DNA of 40,975 nucleotides from an uncultured Deferribacteres bacterium. GTDB lineage: Bacteria; Zhuqueibacterota; Zhuqueibacteria; Zhuqueibacterales; Geothermadaptataceae. Below are positions 1 through 8,981 of the stretch, piece by piece (the stretch's first letter is position 1; the number at the start of each line of letters is the position of its first letter). The notes below the pieces were generated by a model. That model was not told the origin of the DNA, did no database searches, and worked only from the letters and a program-made list of their open reading frames with translations. The position numbers were made by a program, and so were the translations under genes. The DNA lies in assembly GCA_964014485.1 (NCBI GenBank), contig CAXHAT010000055.1, forward strand, positions 1 to 40,975, read 5' to 3'.

Positions 1-1
1 A

Positions 2-103
2 ATAAAGCGCAAGCACACTGACGAGCCTGCAAACTTCCATTCCACCGCTCTGAAGGGCGAACTCACTGCAACTTTGAACCAACTTGAAAGGGGGCCGCTA
101 TGA
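2..103 (+). CDS. 3' end of a gene entering from the left (partial)
   Basis: Open frame IKRKHTDEPANF...LERGPL*; its TGA overlaps the ATG at 100 (ATGA coupling). Confidence 0.45.
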   Translation: MKRKHTDEPANFHSTALKGELTATLNQLERGPL

Positions 104-549
104 ACAGACGGCTTTTATTCGCTTTCCTTTTACTCGCACCGGCGGCGCTTTCGGCGCAAAAGCCCGGAATCTGGCTGGGCGTTTCCAAGCAGCACAAGAA
201 CAATATTATCGCTTACGATGCAGTGATTATGCCGCACAAAAACATCGGCATAGCCGGGAGCTACGCGCAAGAGCTTTGGGGGCGGACGCACATCTATTTC
301 ATCAAACAAAATGCGATGGCGCGACTCGGTCTGGTCGGGCGTTACAGCAACTTCGGCTTGCAAGGCGGAGTCAACTTTAACTGGCTCGGTATTTCTCCAG
401 GGTTTACGGTTTCCCGAAAGCGCGGCTATTATGTCACCGGAATGGTCTTTCTAAAAGAGACGGTCTATCTCAAAAGCGGCTGGTCGGAGTTGCAGGACGG
501 CGTGATCTTTGGGTTGGGGATCAATCCGATCTCCTTGCTCTTTGATTGA
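100..549 (+). CDS. Hypothetical exported protein, possibly a small outer-membrane beta-barrel
   Basis: Signal peptide MNRRLLFAFLLLAPAALSA/QK; Gly/aromatic-rich amphipathic strands, e.g. GVIFGLGI near the C-terminus. Confidence 0.65.
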   Translation: MNRRLLFAFLLLAPAALSAQKPGIWLGVSKQHKNNIIAYDAVIMPHKNIGIAGSYAQELWGRTHIYFIKQNAMARLGLVGRYSNFGLQGGVNFNWLGISPGFTVSRKRGYYVTGMVFLKETVYLKSGWSELQDGVIFGLGINPISLLFD

Positions 550-719
550 AATCGGAAATCGATTTCCGATTTAACCTAATGTTTTAGTAGAAAATGGAAA
601 CCGCTTTCCACTTTAACGGAGAACATCCCCCTGACCCCCTTCAAAGGGGGAATTTGAAATCGGAAATCGATTTCCGATTTGACCTAAGACTTTAGTAGAA
701 AACGGAAATCGCTTTCCAC
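546..719. repeat. 66-bp imperfect direct repeat (546-611 and 654-719), each copy holding a perfect 24-bp palindrome
   Basis: AAATCGGAAATCGATTTCCGATTT at 549-572 and 657-680; copies offset by 108 bp. Confidence 0.95.
623..654. repeat. Family D REP-like element, copy 1
   Basis: ACATCCCCCTGACCCCCTTCAAAGGGGGAATT; 31/32 identical to 17965-17996. Confidence 0.95.
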
Positions 720-820
720 ATTGATTTAAAAAGTCCATGATTTTTTCCCTTCCTTTTCCGATCTTACCCAAGTTGCAAAATGCAATACTGTCGGTGTGCA
801 TACGCATTTAAAAGACAAGG

Positions 821-1849
821 ATGTCCATTATGGATACACGTTATCAGGTATTTGTGAGTTCAACTTTCGCTGACCTTGAAGAAGAGCGGAAGAACGTGAT
901 TCAAACGTTGATGGAAATGAATTGCATTCCCGCTGGCATGGAGTTTTTTCCTGCAATTGACGAGGAGCAATTCGAGTTTATCAAGCGAGTAATTGATGAC
1001 AGCGATTACTATATCGTTATAATTGGTGGGAAATATGGCTCCTTGACAACTGAAGGAATCAGTTATACCGAAAAAGAATATGACTATGCGGTGAAAAAGG
1101 GATTGAAGGTAACAGCGCTTCTGCACAAATCCCCGAAGAGCCTTTCGCTTGGAAAATCGGAAGAAGACCCAGAACCCAGAAAGAGATTAGAGGTCTTTAG
1201 AAAAAAAGTATCAGAAAGCAAGCTTGTGAGATTCTGGGAAAAAGCATCAGAGCTACCTGGAATAGTAGCGCTCAGCTTACCAAAAACGATTAAAACCTAC
1301 CCAGCTATTGGTTGGGTTCGAGCAAATATTGCAGCAAACGAAGACGTGCTTTCTGAAATAAATCAACTGAGAAAAGAGAACACTGATCTTGAAGAAAAAA
1401 TACGATCATTAGAAGGCGTTAGAGTAGATGACTTGGCAAGTATGGACGACAAATTTAGCTTTACCCTCTGTAGCAAGTCCTTCAAAGGACATAGTACACC
1501 ATTTTCAATGGAATTGTCTTGGAATCAGATTTTTTGCTTGATAGCCGCCGACCTGATAAGTTATCCAACACAATATGAAGTAATGACTGCTTTGACTGGA
1601 GGTTTAATCAGAAAGACTCCTCCTGGCTTTTATGACGACTGTGAGGTCTATTTGAAAAAACAAGACATGCATCAGATAATGGTGCAACTCATGGCGCAAA
1701 ATCTGATAAACACTAGTTTTACTCAAAAAGCCTTGGATTCCGTAGTTGTCTGGTCGCTGACTAAGAAAGGACATCAGCACATGCTCAAAATATGCAGCGC
1801 CAAGACGCAACAAGAGCGACTTGGTGAACCTGATGCGAAAAAACGATAA
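821..1849 (+). CDS. DUF4062 domain protein with a coiled coil and an uncharacterised C-terminal domain; probable moron
   Basis: N-terminal [16 protein letters not shown]...PAGMEFF...[17 protein letters not shown]...[10 protein letters not shown] is typical of DUF4062; visibly more AT-rich than its neighbours. Confidence 0.85.
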   Translation: MSIMDTRYQVFVSSTFADLEEERKNVIQTLMEMNCIPAGMEFFPAIDEEQFEFIKRVIDDSDYYIVIIGGKYGSLTTEGISYTEKEYDYAVKKGLKVTALLHKSPKSLSLGKSEEDPEPRKRLEVFRKKVSESKLVRFWEKASELPGIVALSLPKTIKTYPAIGWVRANIAANEDVLSEINQLRKENTDLEEKIRSLEGVRVDDLASMDDKFSFTLCSKSFKGHSTPFSMELSWNQIFCLIAADLISYPTQYEVMTALTGGLIRKTPPGFYDDCEVYLKKQDMHQIMVQLMAQNLINTSFTQKALDSVVVWSLTKKGHQHMLKICSAKTQQERLGEPDAKKR

Positions 1850-2014
1850 ACCCACACACCTTGAATACATTCTGGTGGCAAACGCATAGTCAAAACGCCC
1901 ATCCTTAAACTCACCTATCTACCTTTTACAAATCCAGCAAAAACAATCCCTTTCTTTGTATCATGCGCCAGCGCAAGCGAGACGGAAAGCGCAGCTTTGA
2001 AAATCGACAACATT

Positions 2015-2039
2015 GGAGACGCAAACCTTGCGTCTCTAC
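2015..2039 (-). repeat. GTAG-type REP hairpin
   Basis: Minus strand reads GTAGAGACGCAAGGTTTGCGTCTCC: a 5' GTAG tetranucleotide overlapping a 9-bp stem. Confidence 0.75.
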
Positions 2040-2113
2040 GTTTCGCACTTGACGCTGGCACGGCGCGGGCTTGGACGGTCTCCTTCCCTGCGCCGGTTTT
2101 TAACGAAAGAAAT

Positions 2114-2138
2114 TGGATTCCCGCCTGCGCGGGAATGA
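2114..2138. repeat. Family C palindrome, copy 1 (ATTCCC-N8-GGGAAT type)
   Basis: TGGATTCCCGCCTGCGCGGGAATGA, identical to 6088-6112. Confidence 0.95.
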
Positions 2139-2145
2139 TTTAAAA

Positions 2146-2655
2146 ATGGCCTACAGCAACGACATTCGCGAGCAGGCTTTTGCGGTTTTTTGCCGGGTGA
2201 CTTCCCATGAAGAGACGGCGCAGGTGATGCGCGAACGCTTCCCGGAAGAGTGCGGCGCGATAACCAAGACAACCGTCTTTCGCTGGAAAAAAAAATACGA
2301 TTGGGAAGGACGCGAAGCCAAAATCATGGCGCAGGTCGCGGCGGAAAACGACGGCAATTTGATTTCGGATCGCAAGAGAATGCTCGGCGAAATGCGCACT
2401 TTGCGCAAGCGTTTGGTGCGGCAACTGGAAAAGGCTGAAGTCAAAAGCATGGAAGGCGGCGTTTCCGCCTACGGCAATATTTGCAAATGGATCATGCAGT
2501 TTTCCGGCCACGGCGAGGAAAAGCGCGCGGTGGACGACGTGGTCATGGTCTTGTTTGAAGTGCTCGGCGAGCACCCGAAGATCGCGCCGCTGATTCATGA
2601 AAACGAAGTTTTTCTGCTTGGCGAAATCAAGAAACGCCTGGAGCGTCCGGAGTGA
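2146..2655 (+). CDS. Probable terminase small subunit (HTH plus helical domain)
   Basis: N-terminal HTH-like MAYSNDIREQAF...TKTTVFRWKKKYDW; directly upstream of terL. ATG 2146 is preferred because the longer ORF start is just the family C repeat. Confidence 0.7.
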   Translation: MAYSNDIREQAFAVFCRVTSHEETAQVMRERFPEECGAITKTTVFRWKKKYDWEGREAKIMAQVAAENDGNLISDRKRMLGEMRTLRKRLVRQLEKAEVKSMEGGVSAYGNICKWIMQFSGHGEEKRAVDDVVMVLFEVLGEHPKIAPLIHENEVFLLGEIKKRLERPE

Positions 2656-4379
2656 AGGGGCAAGGGCGCAAAGGATCAAAGGCGCAGAGTGAAATTCTGC
2701 GCAGCGCTTCGCGCGCGCTCAAAGACATAAACACGGCCAAGAAACGTCGCTCGCACGATTGGGACTTTGCCGAGTGGCTGTGCAAGCATACGAGCGTGAA
2801 GGTCGGCGGCAGGCCGCGCAAGTGGTCGTTCAAGGGCTATGAGCCTTACAAACAAATCGCGGCGGACTTGCCGAACAGCCACGAAAACTGGCTGCTGAAG
2901 GGCGCGCAGATCGGCGCGAGCACGCTGATGATCGGTTACAATCTTTACTTGCCGTACTGGAAAGGTCTCGATTCAGCCTACGCCCTGCCGGACAAGGTGA
3001 TGATCAAGCCGTTTATGAAAACGCGCTTCTCGAAAGAGCAGGTCAGGCGCGACGGCGATCTCGGCGCGGTCTACCAGATGCACGAGTCGGACATGTACTA
3101 TGACTGCGGCGACAACTTTCTGTACTTCCTGGGCGCGAACGTGCTCTCGGAAACGATGAGCCGCCCGCTGGAGCAAATCTCGCTCGACGAGGTGACGATC
3201 ATCAACGCGGACGCGATGGAGTGGATGGAAGACCGGCTCGGCGCGGCCAGCTTCGGCCAGAAAAACGCCTTTACGATGGAGATGTATCCGGGCGGGACGG
3301 CGCACGTCGGCTATGAGAGCGGCAGACAAAACGTCTACCTGTTCAAGTGTCCGCACTGCGGCGAAGACGAGCAAAATCTGGAAGACGAGTTTTACCGCTC
3401 CAGCATGGCGGGCGAAGAGATTCCGCGCTGCGTGCATTGGAACGGGCGCAAATGGCAAGTGGTCTGCACCAAGTGCGGCCTGCCTTTTTCGCGGGAGAGC
3501 GCCGGGCGTTGGGTTGCAAAACATCCGACCCGCGATGTGAATTCGTGGCGCTTGCCGCAGTTGATTTTCGGCGGTCTCGATCTTGGCCGCGTCATGCGAC
3601 GCTGGCTCGCTTCGCGCTACAAGAAAAGCAAGCGCGCCAAGCTGCACTGCTCGATTCTGGCGATCCCCGACGCGGGCGACATGCAGCGCATCAACGAACA
3701 AGACATGCGCCTGCTGAAGCAAGACTATAAATTGCAACGCTCGGCCTTGTGGTCAGTCGGCGGCTGCGACGTGGGCAACTGGTGTCATACGGTTTTTTAC
3801 GATCTGGTTCAGGATCAAATGCGCCTGATTTGGGCGGAGAAGATCAACTCCGACCACATGGAAAGCCGCATTTGCGAATTGCTCGATAAGATGAATACGG
3901 TCAAGTACGTCATGGATGCGAAGCCGTTCGCGCCGCAAGTGCGCCGGATCGCGGACGCATTCCCGGACGTGGTCGTGCTGCACGATTACGCAGGCGACGG
4001 ACTGCAAGAGAACGAGAAGACGCACGCGGATCAGACCTACGCCAGCGTGCGCGAGGATCGCGACGATTCCCTGGATTATTACTGCGACCTGTTCAATCCC
4101 GAAGAGATTCTGCTGATGTTTCCGACGCTGGCCCCAGACGAAGACGGGCGCATGGTTGACTTTGAAAATTCAGAGTTCGCCAAACAGCATTACGTCGGTT
4201 CGCAAAAGACGGAAACGGAAGACAAGCGCCTCGGCAAGACCGTGCTGAAGTACCGCAAAAACTGCGACAATCATTACTTCATGGCGGGCAACTACGCACG
4301 CACGTCGTTGGTGCTGTTGGGGCAAGAGAATCGGGAGTTTGTGGGCTTAACGCCGGTATTTGGGAGTTTGAATGCTTGA
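2652..4379 (+). CDS. Terminase large subunit, lambda GpA-like
   Basis: Walker A-like LLKGAQIGAST, Walker B ISLDEV, zinc motifs CPHC and CTKC, nuclease motif GGCDVG, C-terminal DNHYFMA. Confidence 0.9.
   Translation: MKGQGRKGSKAQSEILRSASRALKDINTAKKRRSHDWDFAEWLCKHTSVKVGGRPRKWSFKGYEPYKQIAADLPNSHENWLLKGAQIGASTLMIGYNLYLPYWKGLDSAYALPDKVMIKPFMKTRFSKEQVRRDGDLGAVYQMHESDMYYDCGDNFLYFLGANVLSETMSRPLEQISLDEVTIINADAMEWMEDRLGAASFGQKNAFTMEMYPGGTAHVGYESGRQNVYLFKCPHCGEDEQNLEDEFYRSSMAGEEIPRCVHWNGRKWQVVCTKCGLPFSRESAGRWVAKHPTRDVNSWRLPQLIFGGLDLGRVMRRWLASRYKKSKRAKLHCSILAIPDAGDMQRINEQDMRLLKQDYKLQRSALWSVGGCDVGNWCHTVFYDLVQDQMRLIWAEKINSDHMESRICELLDKMNTVKYVMDAKPFAPQVRRIADAFPDVVVLHDYAGDGLQENEKTHADQTYASVREDRDDSLDYYCDLFNPEEILLMFPTLAPDEDGRMVDFENSEFAKQHYVGSQKTETEDKRLGKTVLKYRKNCDNHYFMAGNYARTSLVLLGQENREFVGLTPVFGSLNA
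2654..2692. repeat. Family A element A1 (left arm only, inside the terL 5' end)
   Basis: GAAGGGGCAAGGGCGCAAAGGATCAAAGGCGCAGAGTGA closely matches the left arm of A2. Confidence 0.9.
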
Positions 4380-4380
4380 A

Positions 4381-4492
4381 AAGGGGCAAAGTTGCAAAGG
4401 ATCAAAGGCGCAGAGTGAGACGCGCGGAGCGAAGCTCCGCCCAAAGACTTTGTCCCTTTGCGACTTTGATCCTTTGCCCCTTCTTAAAAAAA
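4381..4492. repeat. Family A element A2 (about 110-bp compound palindrome)
   Basis: AAGGGGCAAAG...octamer arm...GCGGAGCGAAGCTCCGC (4424-4440)...CTTTGCCCCTT followed by an A-run. Confidence 0.95.
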
Positions 4493-4582
4493 CAGATTGG
4501 ACTTGTTCGGCAGACGCGAGTTCAGTCTGGTTTGGATCGGCTTTGGCCGTCGTTGTGAGCGCGGCGGCGGTCAATGCCTTTT

Positions 4583-4685
4583 AGCAGTGAGCAGTGAGCA
4601 GTGAGCAGTGAGCAGTGAGCTGTAAGCAGTGAAGAGTAATTAGTGAAGACTAACAGTCTTCAGCCTAATAGACTAAAAGCCTAAT
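4583..4685. repeat. Family B heptamer array B1 plus CTAACAGC-like tail
   Basis: (AGCAGTG)x5 and degenerate copies, then CTAACAGTCTTCAGCCTAATAGACTAAAAGCCTAAT abutting ATG 4686. Confidence 0.95.
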
Positions 4686-7118
4686 ATGCTAAACTGGTTT
4701 CGAAAACTTTGGCGCAGATCGAGCGGGTTGAACGCTGACGAGTTGCTGCGCATGGCGCAGACGGCGCTGGCGGCGGAGGCGAACGGATCGGCAAAAGAGT
4801 CCGTCGTTGTTCCGGCGAACGGGCGCTCTTCGGTAGAGGAGTTCGGCACGATACACCAGGCGATGCAGCAAATGCTCGGTTGGTACGGCGACGGCTTGCA
4901 AGACGAACGGCTTTTTCAAGCGCTGGAATTTCTGTGCGAGTGTGCGCCCTATCATCCAGACATAAATCATGCGCTCAACAATCTGGTCAACATGGCCAAC
5001 AGCGGGCATTCGGTGAGCGTGGAAACAGGCTCGGATCGCGCGACGGAAGCGGCGCAAGAGCGACTCAATCAACAGGCGCATTCGCTCTATAAGCGCTCCG
5101 CCGGGATCGACGGCCTGATCAACCACTACTTGCGCCAGATCATGATCACCGGCGCGATTTCGAGCGAGGACGTACTGACCGGCGCGCTCGACGGCGTGGA
5201 GAAAATCGCCATTGTGCCGACGCGCAAGATTCGCTTTCAGGCGGACGGCGACGATTACGCGCCGTTTCAGAAAACCAACGACAGTCAATTGATTGCGCTG
5301 CATCCGGCGACCTACCGGTATTTCGCCTTGCAGACCAACGAGAATTCGCCCTACGCCCTGCCGCCCTTCGCCGCCGCGATTGACGACATACTGATCCAGA
5401 CGGACATGAAACAGAATCTCAAGTTCATTATGCGCAAGTTCGGCCTGCTTGGGTTGGTGGCGATGGTCATGAACAAGGGCAAAAAGAAGCCGAGCGAAAC
5501 CGAATCCGAGTACAACGCCCGGATGTCGAAGCATCAAAACGACACCCTGGTCGCCTTGCAAAAAAACTTCTACAAGGGTTTGATGGTGATGTTCGAAGAC
5601 AAGAAAATCGAGCATCACAACATCACCGGAGATGCGCGCGCGGCGAAAGACATTTGGAATCTGATCCGGCAGAATATCGCCAGCGGCATGGCGACCGATC
5701 CGGTGCTGTTCGGCATACCGACCAACTCGACCGAGACCTTTGCCAACGTCATCTATATGTTTATCATACGACAGGCGAACAATGTGCGCAGGCTGGTCGC
5801 CCGACGCATGGAATGCACTTATCGTTTGGATTTCTTGCTGCAAGGTCTGCCGGTGGAAGGCGTGAGCTTTCGCTTTGAAAAGAATCCGGCGCGCGATCCG
5901 CTGGCGGAAGGGCAGGCGCAGGCGACAATTGAGTCGGCAGCGATCAAAAAGGCGCAGGTCGGTATGATCGAGCCGGACGTTGCGGCGCAGGAATTGGGTT
6001 ACGACGGCTGGCACGATCCGGCGCTGATGCACGGGGCGGAACGGGTTTTCGGAGTCGGTGATGATCCGGGGTTGCGAGCGCATGGACTGGATTCCCGCCT
6101 GCGCGGGAATGACGGCGCGCTGACGCGCCGGACGTTCAGACTTAACAGTGGGCGGGAGCAGTATGAATTTGTCAGGCCGCGAGTGTTGGTTCAGGCCTCG
6201 GCGCACGCCTTCGCCCTCGCTTCGGAAGAGACGGTGCGCAAGACGCTGGCGAAGTGGCAAAAAGAATATCTCGATGCGATTCGACCCTTTCTTGGCGAAC
6301 AGGTCGAAGAGGCGGTTGAAGTGCTGGCGGCGTTTATTCGCCGGTCGAAATTGAGCGACTTCCGCGACGAAAAGGCTTTCGCGGAAGCGGCGTTCGCGAC
6401 CTTGTCAACGGCCTTCAATACCAAATTTCAGCAGGCCGACGCGCGCAAAGTGGTGAAGGATTCCGTCAAAGAGATTTACGAGTTCTACCGCCTGGAAGAC
6501 AAGGCGGCGTTTCCGAAAAGCGGCGGGGTCGCCTTTGCGATGGACTCCATCGACAAGCGTTCGCTCAACTTCATGACGCGCCTGGAGCGGCACTATCTTT
6601 CGAAGTTCATCTTCAACCAGAACACGGAAAAGCAGGTGCTCGACTTCCTGCAAACGCAGTTTCTGGAAAACGGCGACGGCCTGTTCGGGCGCACGAGCAG
6701 AGACGCAATTCAAACCTTGCAGGCGCTGGCGGTTGACCGGCTGGAATCCCTGACTGAATACGAAGCCGAGCGCATTATCAATACCGGCGTGCAGCGCATG
6801 AGAGCCTGGGCGAACATCGGGCAAATGTCGGATTCGGGCGTGCGGGTGGCGGAGATTTTCAACCCGTCGCCGGAGTCGGAAATCTGCAAGTTCATGGTCA
6901 ACGAGGTGAAGTACCTGCCCGTCGGCGAGGCGCGCAAGGCGGTGGACGAACTGAGCCAACTCACGCCGCGCCAGTTCGCGGGGCGCTTACGCAAGATTAC
7001 GCCGGAAGAGATCGCGAGCGAGGGCATTGTGAGCGCAACCCGCAACGGCTACGGCTTCCCGACTTACCATCCGAATTGCGCGACGCGATTGCTGGAGACG
7101 GAGAGAGATGCAGTGTAA
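4686..7118 (+). CDS. Portal protein fused to a Mu gpF/SPP1 gp7-like head morphogenesis domain
   Basis: Position after terL; about 450-aa portal-sized N-terminal part; C-terminal FPTYHPNCATRL resembles the gpF PPxHPNCRC motif. Confidence 0.75.
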   Translation: MLNWFRKLWRRSSGLNADELLRMAQTALAAEANGSAKESVVVPANGRSSVEEFGTIHQAMQQMLGWYGDGLQDERLFQALEFLCECAPYHPDINHALNNLVNMANSGHSVSVETGSDRATEAAQERLNQQAHSLYKRSAGIDGLINHYLRQIMITGAISSEDVLTGALDGVEKIAIVPTRKIRFQADGDDYAPFQKTNDSQLIALHPATYRYFALQTNENSPYALPPFAAAIDDILIQTDMKQNLKFIMRKFGLLGLVAMVMNKGKKKPSETESEYNARMSKHQNDTLVALQKNFYKGLMVMFEDKKIEHHNITGDARAAKDIWNLIRQNIASGMATDPVLFGIPTNSTETFANVIYMFIIRQANNVRRLVARRMECTYRLDFLLQGLPVEGVSFRFEKNPARDPLAEGQAQATIESAAIKKAQVGMIEPDVAAQELGYDGWHDPALMHGAERVFGVGDDPGLRAHGLDSRLRGNDGALTRRTFRLNSGREQYEFVRPRVLVQASAHAFALASEETVRKTLAKWQKEYLDAIRPFLGEQVEEAVEVLAAFIRRSKLSDFRDEKAFAEAAFATLSTAFNTKFQQADARKVVKDSVKEIYEFYRLEDKAAFPKSGGVAFAMDSIDKRSLNFMTRLERHYLSKFIFNQNTEKQVLDFLQTQFLENGDGLFGRTSRDAIQTLQALAVDRLESLTEYEAERIINTGVQRMRAWANIGQMSDSGVRVAEIFNPSPESEICKFMVNEVKYLPVGEARKAVDELSQLTPRQFAGRLRKITPEEIASEGIVSATRNGYGFPTYHPNCATRLLETERDAV
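6088..6112. repeat. Family C palindrome, copy 2, in-frame within the portal gene
   Basis: Identical to 2114-2138; lies within the codons for LDSRLRGND. Confidence 0.95.
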
Positions 7119-7142
7119 GCAGTGAACTGTAATCAGTGAATA
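7110..7142. repeat. Family B heptamer remnant B2
   Basis: GCAGTGTAAGCAGTGAACTGTAATCAGTGAATA, containing the portal stop codon. Confidence 0.8.
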
Positions 7143-7260
7143 GATGAAAGCGCGAGATTCGGCGTGAGAGCGACTTTTACGGCGAGACGCATCTTGTCGG
7201 GCGCAAAAAAGCGGCGGCATAGCCCTGGGACACGATGGGACAGGGTAAAATGGATTTGCG

Positions 7261-7292
7261 AAGACTGGAAGACTGAAATATTGGAGTTCTGG
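7261..7292. repeat. Degenerate octamer array upstream of the protease gene
   Basis: AAGACTGG AAGACTGA AATATTGG AGTTCTGG. Confidence 0.6.
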
Positions 7293-7296
7293 ATCG

Positions 7297-8544
7297 ATGG
7301 ATAAAAAGTTAGCGAAAAAACTGGCGGGCGTTGAGCTTTTGGCGGAGAATCGCATTGCGACCTGTTTGCGCGCGCCGCACCTGCCGCGACTGAGCGATTC
7401 CGGCACGGATGAAGACGTGTTTCAATTGCAGGGTTTCCAGCCGCAAAACAAGTCTGAATTCGCGCCGCAGGACGACGACTATATTTTCGAAAGCTTCCGG
7501 GCGATCTCGGCGCGCTATCTGGGCGCTCGCGGCTACTTTCTCGACTTCGCAACGGAAGGGATGCTTGAAAAAGCCCTGCCACTTTTTCTACCAAAGGACA
7601 AGGGCGGGTCGCGCCTGGATCATCTCAAACTGGTTGAAGATCATTGGAATCATATTAACGCCCAGATCGCTCCGATCATCCTGGCTTCATGGAGCGAAAA
7701 AGACGGCGATCTCGATTCGCCGGGCATTAACGTCACGGCCAAGATCGATTGGAAGCTCAATCCGAAAATCGCGCGCGGTTTTCAATCCAGGCCGCCGCTG
7801 TACGACAATACGTCGATCAGCTTCGTCGGCCAGACCGAACAGTCTCACCCGGACATGAAGTGGATCGAATTCATCTTTGCGCTCGGCGAAGAGCGCGACA
7901 GCGAAATCGTGCGCTGGATCGTGACCGAGGTCGAAGAGATCAGGCATCTTGGCTTGGTCAGCAACGGCGCGGATGAACACGCCAAAAAACTGCCGGGCGG
8001 CGAAATGGCGGCGCAGTTGATCGCCAACGCTGAAAACGGCTCCAAGCAATTCTTTTTGAATGAACCGACAACGGGAGAAAACGACATGGATGAATTAAAG
8101 CTTTCGCCGGAGAATCTGGCGGAGTTGGCGAGCGTGTTGGGCGTGGAAATCACACTCGAAAGCGCTGACCAACTCATCTCGCTGGTGACGACGGCAATGG
8201 AGAACCACGACGCTCTCAAGGCGGAGCTTAAGCAAGCAAAGCCGAAGGCAAAGCTTTGGGATGAACATTTGAGCGCGCAGCGTGAAGCGGTGAAAAAGCT
8301 GCTTGGCAAGGCGCGCGACGGCAAAAACAACGCGGGCACCGAGCGCATCATCGAGAGACTGGATTGGGAAGAACTTTCCGATCTGGAAGACGAACTCAAC
8401 GACGAACTCGACGCGAAATTCCCGCTCAAGTGTCAAAGCTGCGGCGAGACCAATCTCAAGCGGCGCTCGTCGCGGGAAGAGCCGGAAGCGAGGCCGGAGG
8501 GCGACGGCCAGCGCGTCAATGCGCAAAGCTACCGGGACGTTTAA
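7297..8544 (+). CDS. Prohead protease with C-terminal scaffold
   Basis: Synteny; candidate catalytic His (EDHW) and Ser (TSISF); RHLGLVSNGADEHA resembles the E-x-S-L-V-x-x-P-A strand of HK97-type proteases; charged helical C-terminus with CQSC. Confidence 0.7.
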   Translation: MDKKLAKKLAGVELLAENRIATCLRAPHLPRLSDSGTDEDVFQLQGFQPQNKSEFAPQDDDYIFESFRAISARYLGARGYFLDFATEGMLEKALPLFLPKDKGGSRLDHLKLVEDHWNHINAQIAPIILASWSEKDGDLDSPGINVTAKIDWKLNPKIARGFQSRPPLYDNTSISFVGQTEQSHPDMKWIEFIFALGEERDSEIVRWIVTEVEEIRHLGLVSNGADEHAKKLPGGEMAAQLIANAENGSKQFFLNEPTTGENDMDELKLSPENLAELASVLGVEITLESADQLISLVTTAMENHDALKAELKQAKPKAKLWDEHLSAQREAVKKLLGKARDGKNNAGTERIIERLDWEELSDLEDELNDELDAKFPLKCQSCGETNLKRRSSREEPEARPEGDGQRVNAQSYRDV

Positions 8545-8564
8545 GACCGGACGTGAACGGCCTC

Positions 8565-8600
8565 CAGTAATGAGTAAGCAGTGAACTGTAAACAGTCAAC
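8565..8600. repeat. Family B heptamer remnant B3
   Basis: CAGTAATGAGTAAGCAGTGAACTGTAAACAGTCAAC. Confidence 0.75.
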
Positions 8601-8613
8601 GGAGATATGAGAC

Positions 8614-8979
8614 ATGAGTTGGAAAACACAAAAGTTTCAAGGGATCGGCGTGCAGCGCGTCACTTTTCAAAACGGCGGCGCGCTCACGGCGGCGGACGTA
8701 GGCAAGGCATGTAATATTGACGGCGCAACCGGCGATCTCATCATCGGCTCGACGGATACTTTGCTCGGCAGGATCGAACAGGTGGCGGATGACGACGTAG
8801 CCGTCGCCGTCCAGGGCTTTCTTGAATTCGATTACACCGGCGCTCAACCAACGCGCGGCACGATTCAGGAATTCACGGTCGAATCTGGGGGTGAAGTGCA
8901 GGTTGGGGTCGGATCGCGGCAAGCGTATGTGATCGACGTGGACGCGCCGAACACAAAAGTCACTTTGATGCTTCTTTAA
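8614..8979 (+). CDS. Probable capsid decoration/cement protein
   Basis: 121 aa, Gly/Val/Thr-rich beta protein between scaffold and capsid genes; GGAGA upstream. Confidence 0.6.
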   Translation: MSWKTQKFQGIGVQRVTFQNGGALTAADVGKACNIDGATGDLIIGSTDTLLGRIEQVADDDVAVAVQGFLEFDYTGAQPTRGTIQEFTVESGGEVQVGVGSRQAYVIDVDAPNTKVTLMLL

Positions 8980-8981
8980 AA

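Noticed and set aside
4372..4584. 70-aa ORF coupled to the terL stop
   Set aside because: More than half is translation of repeat A2; the remaining ~90 bp could be a gene remnant, but I cannot support it
4689..6260. 523-aa minus-strand ORF and other long antisense ORFs in the phage region
   Set aside because: They shadow well-supported plus-strand genes in GC-rich DNA and show no recognisable motifs
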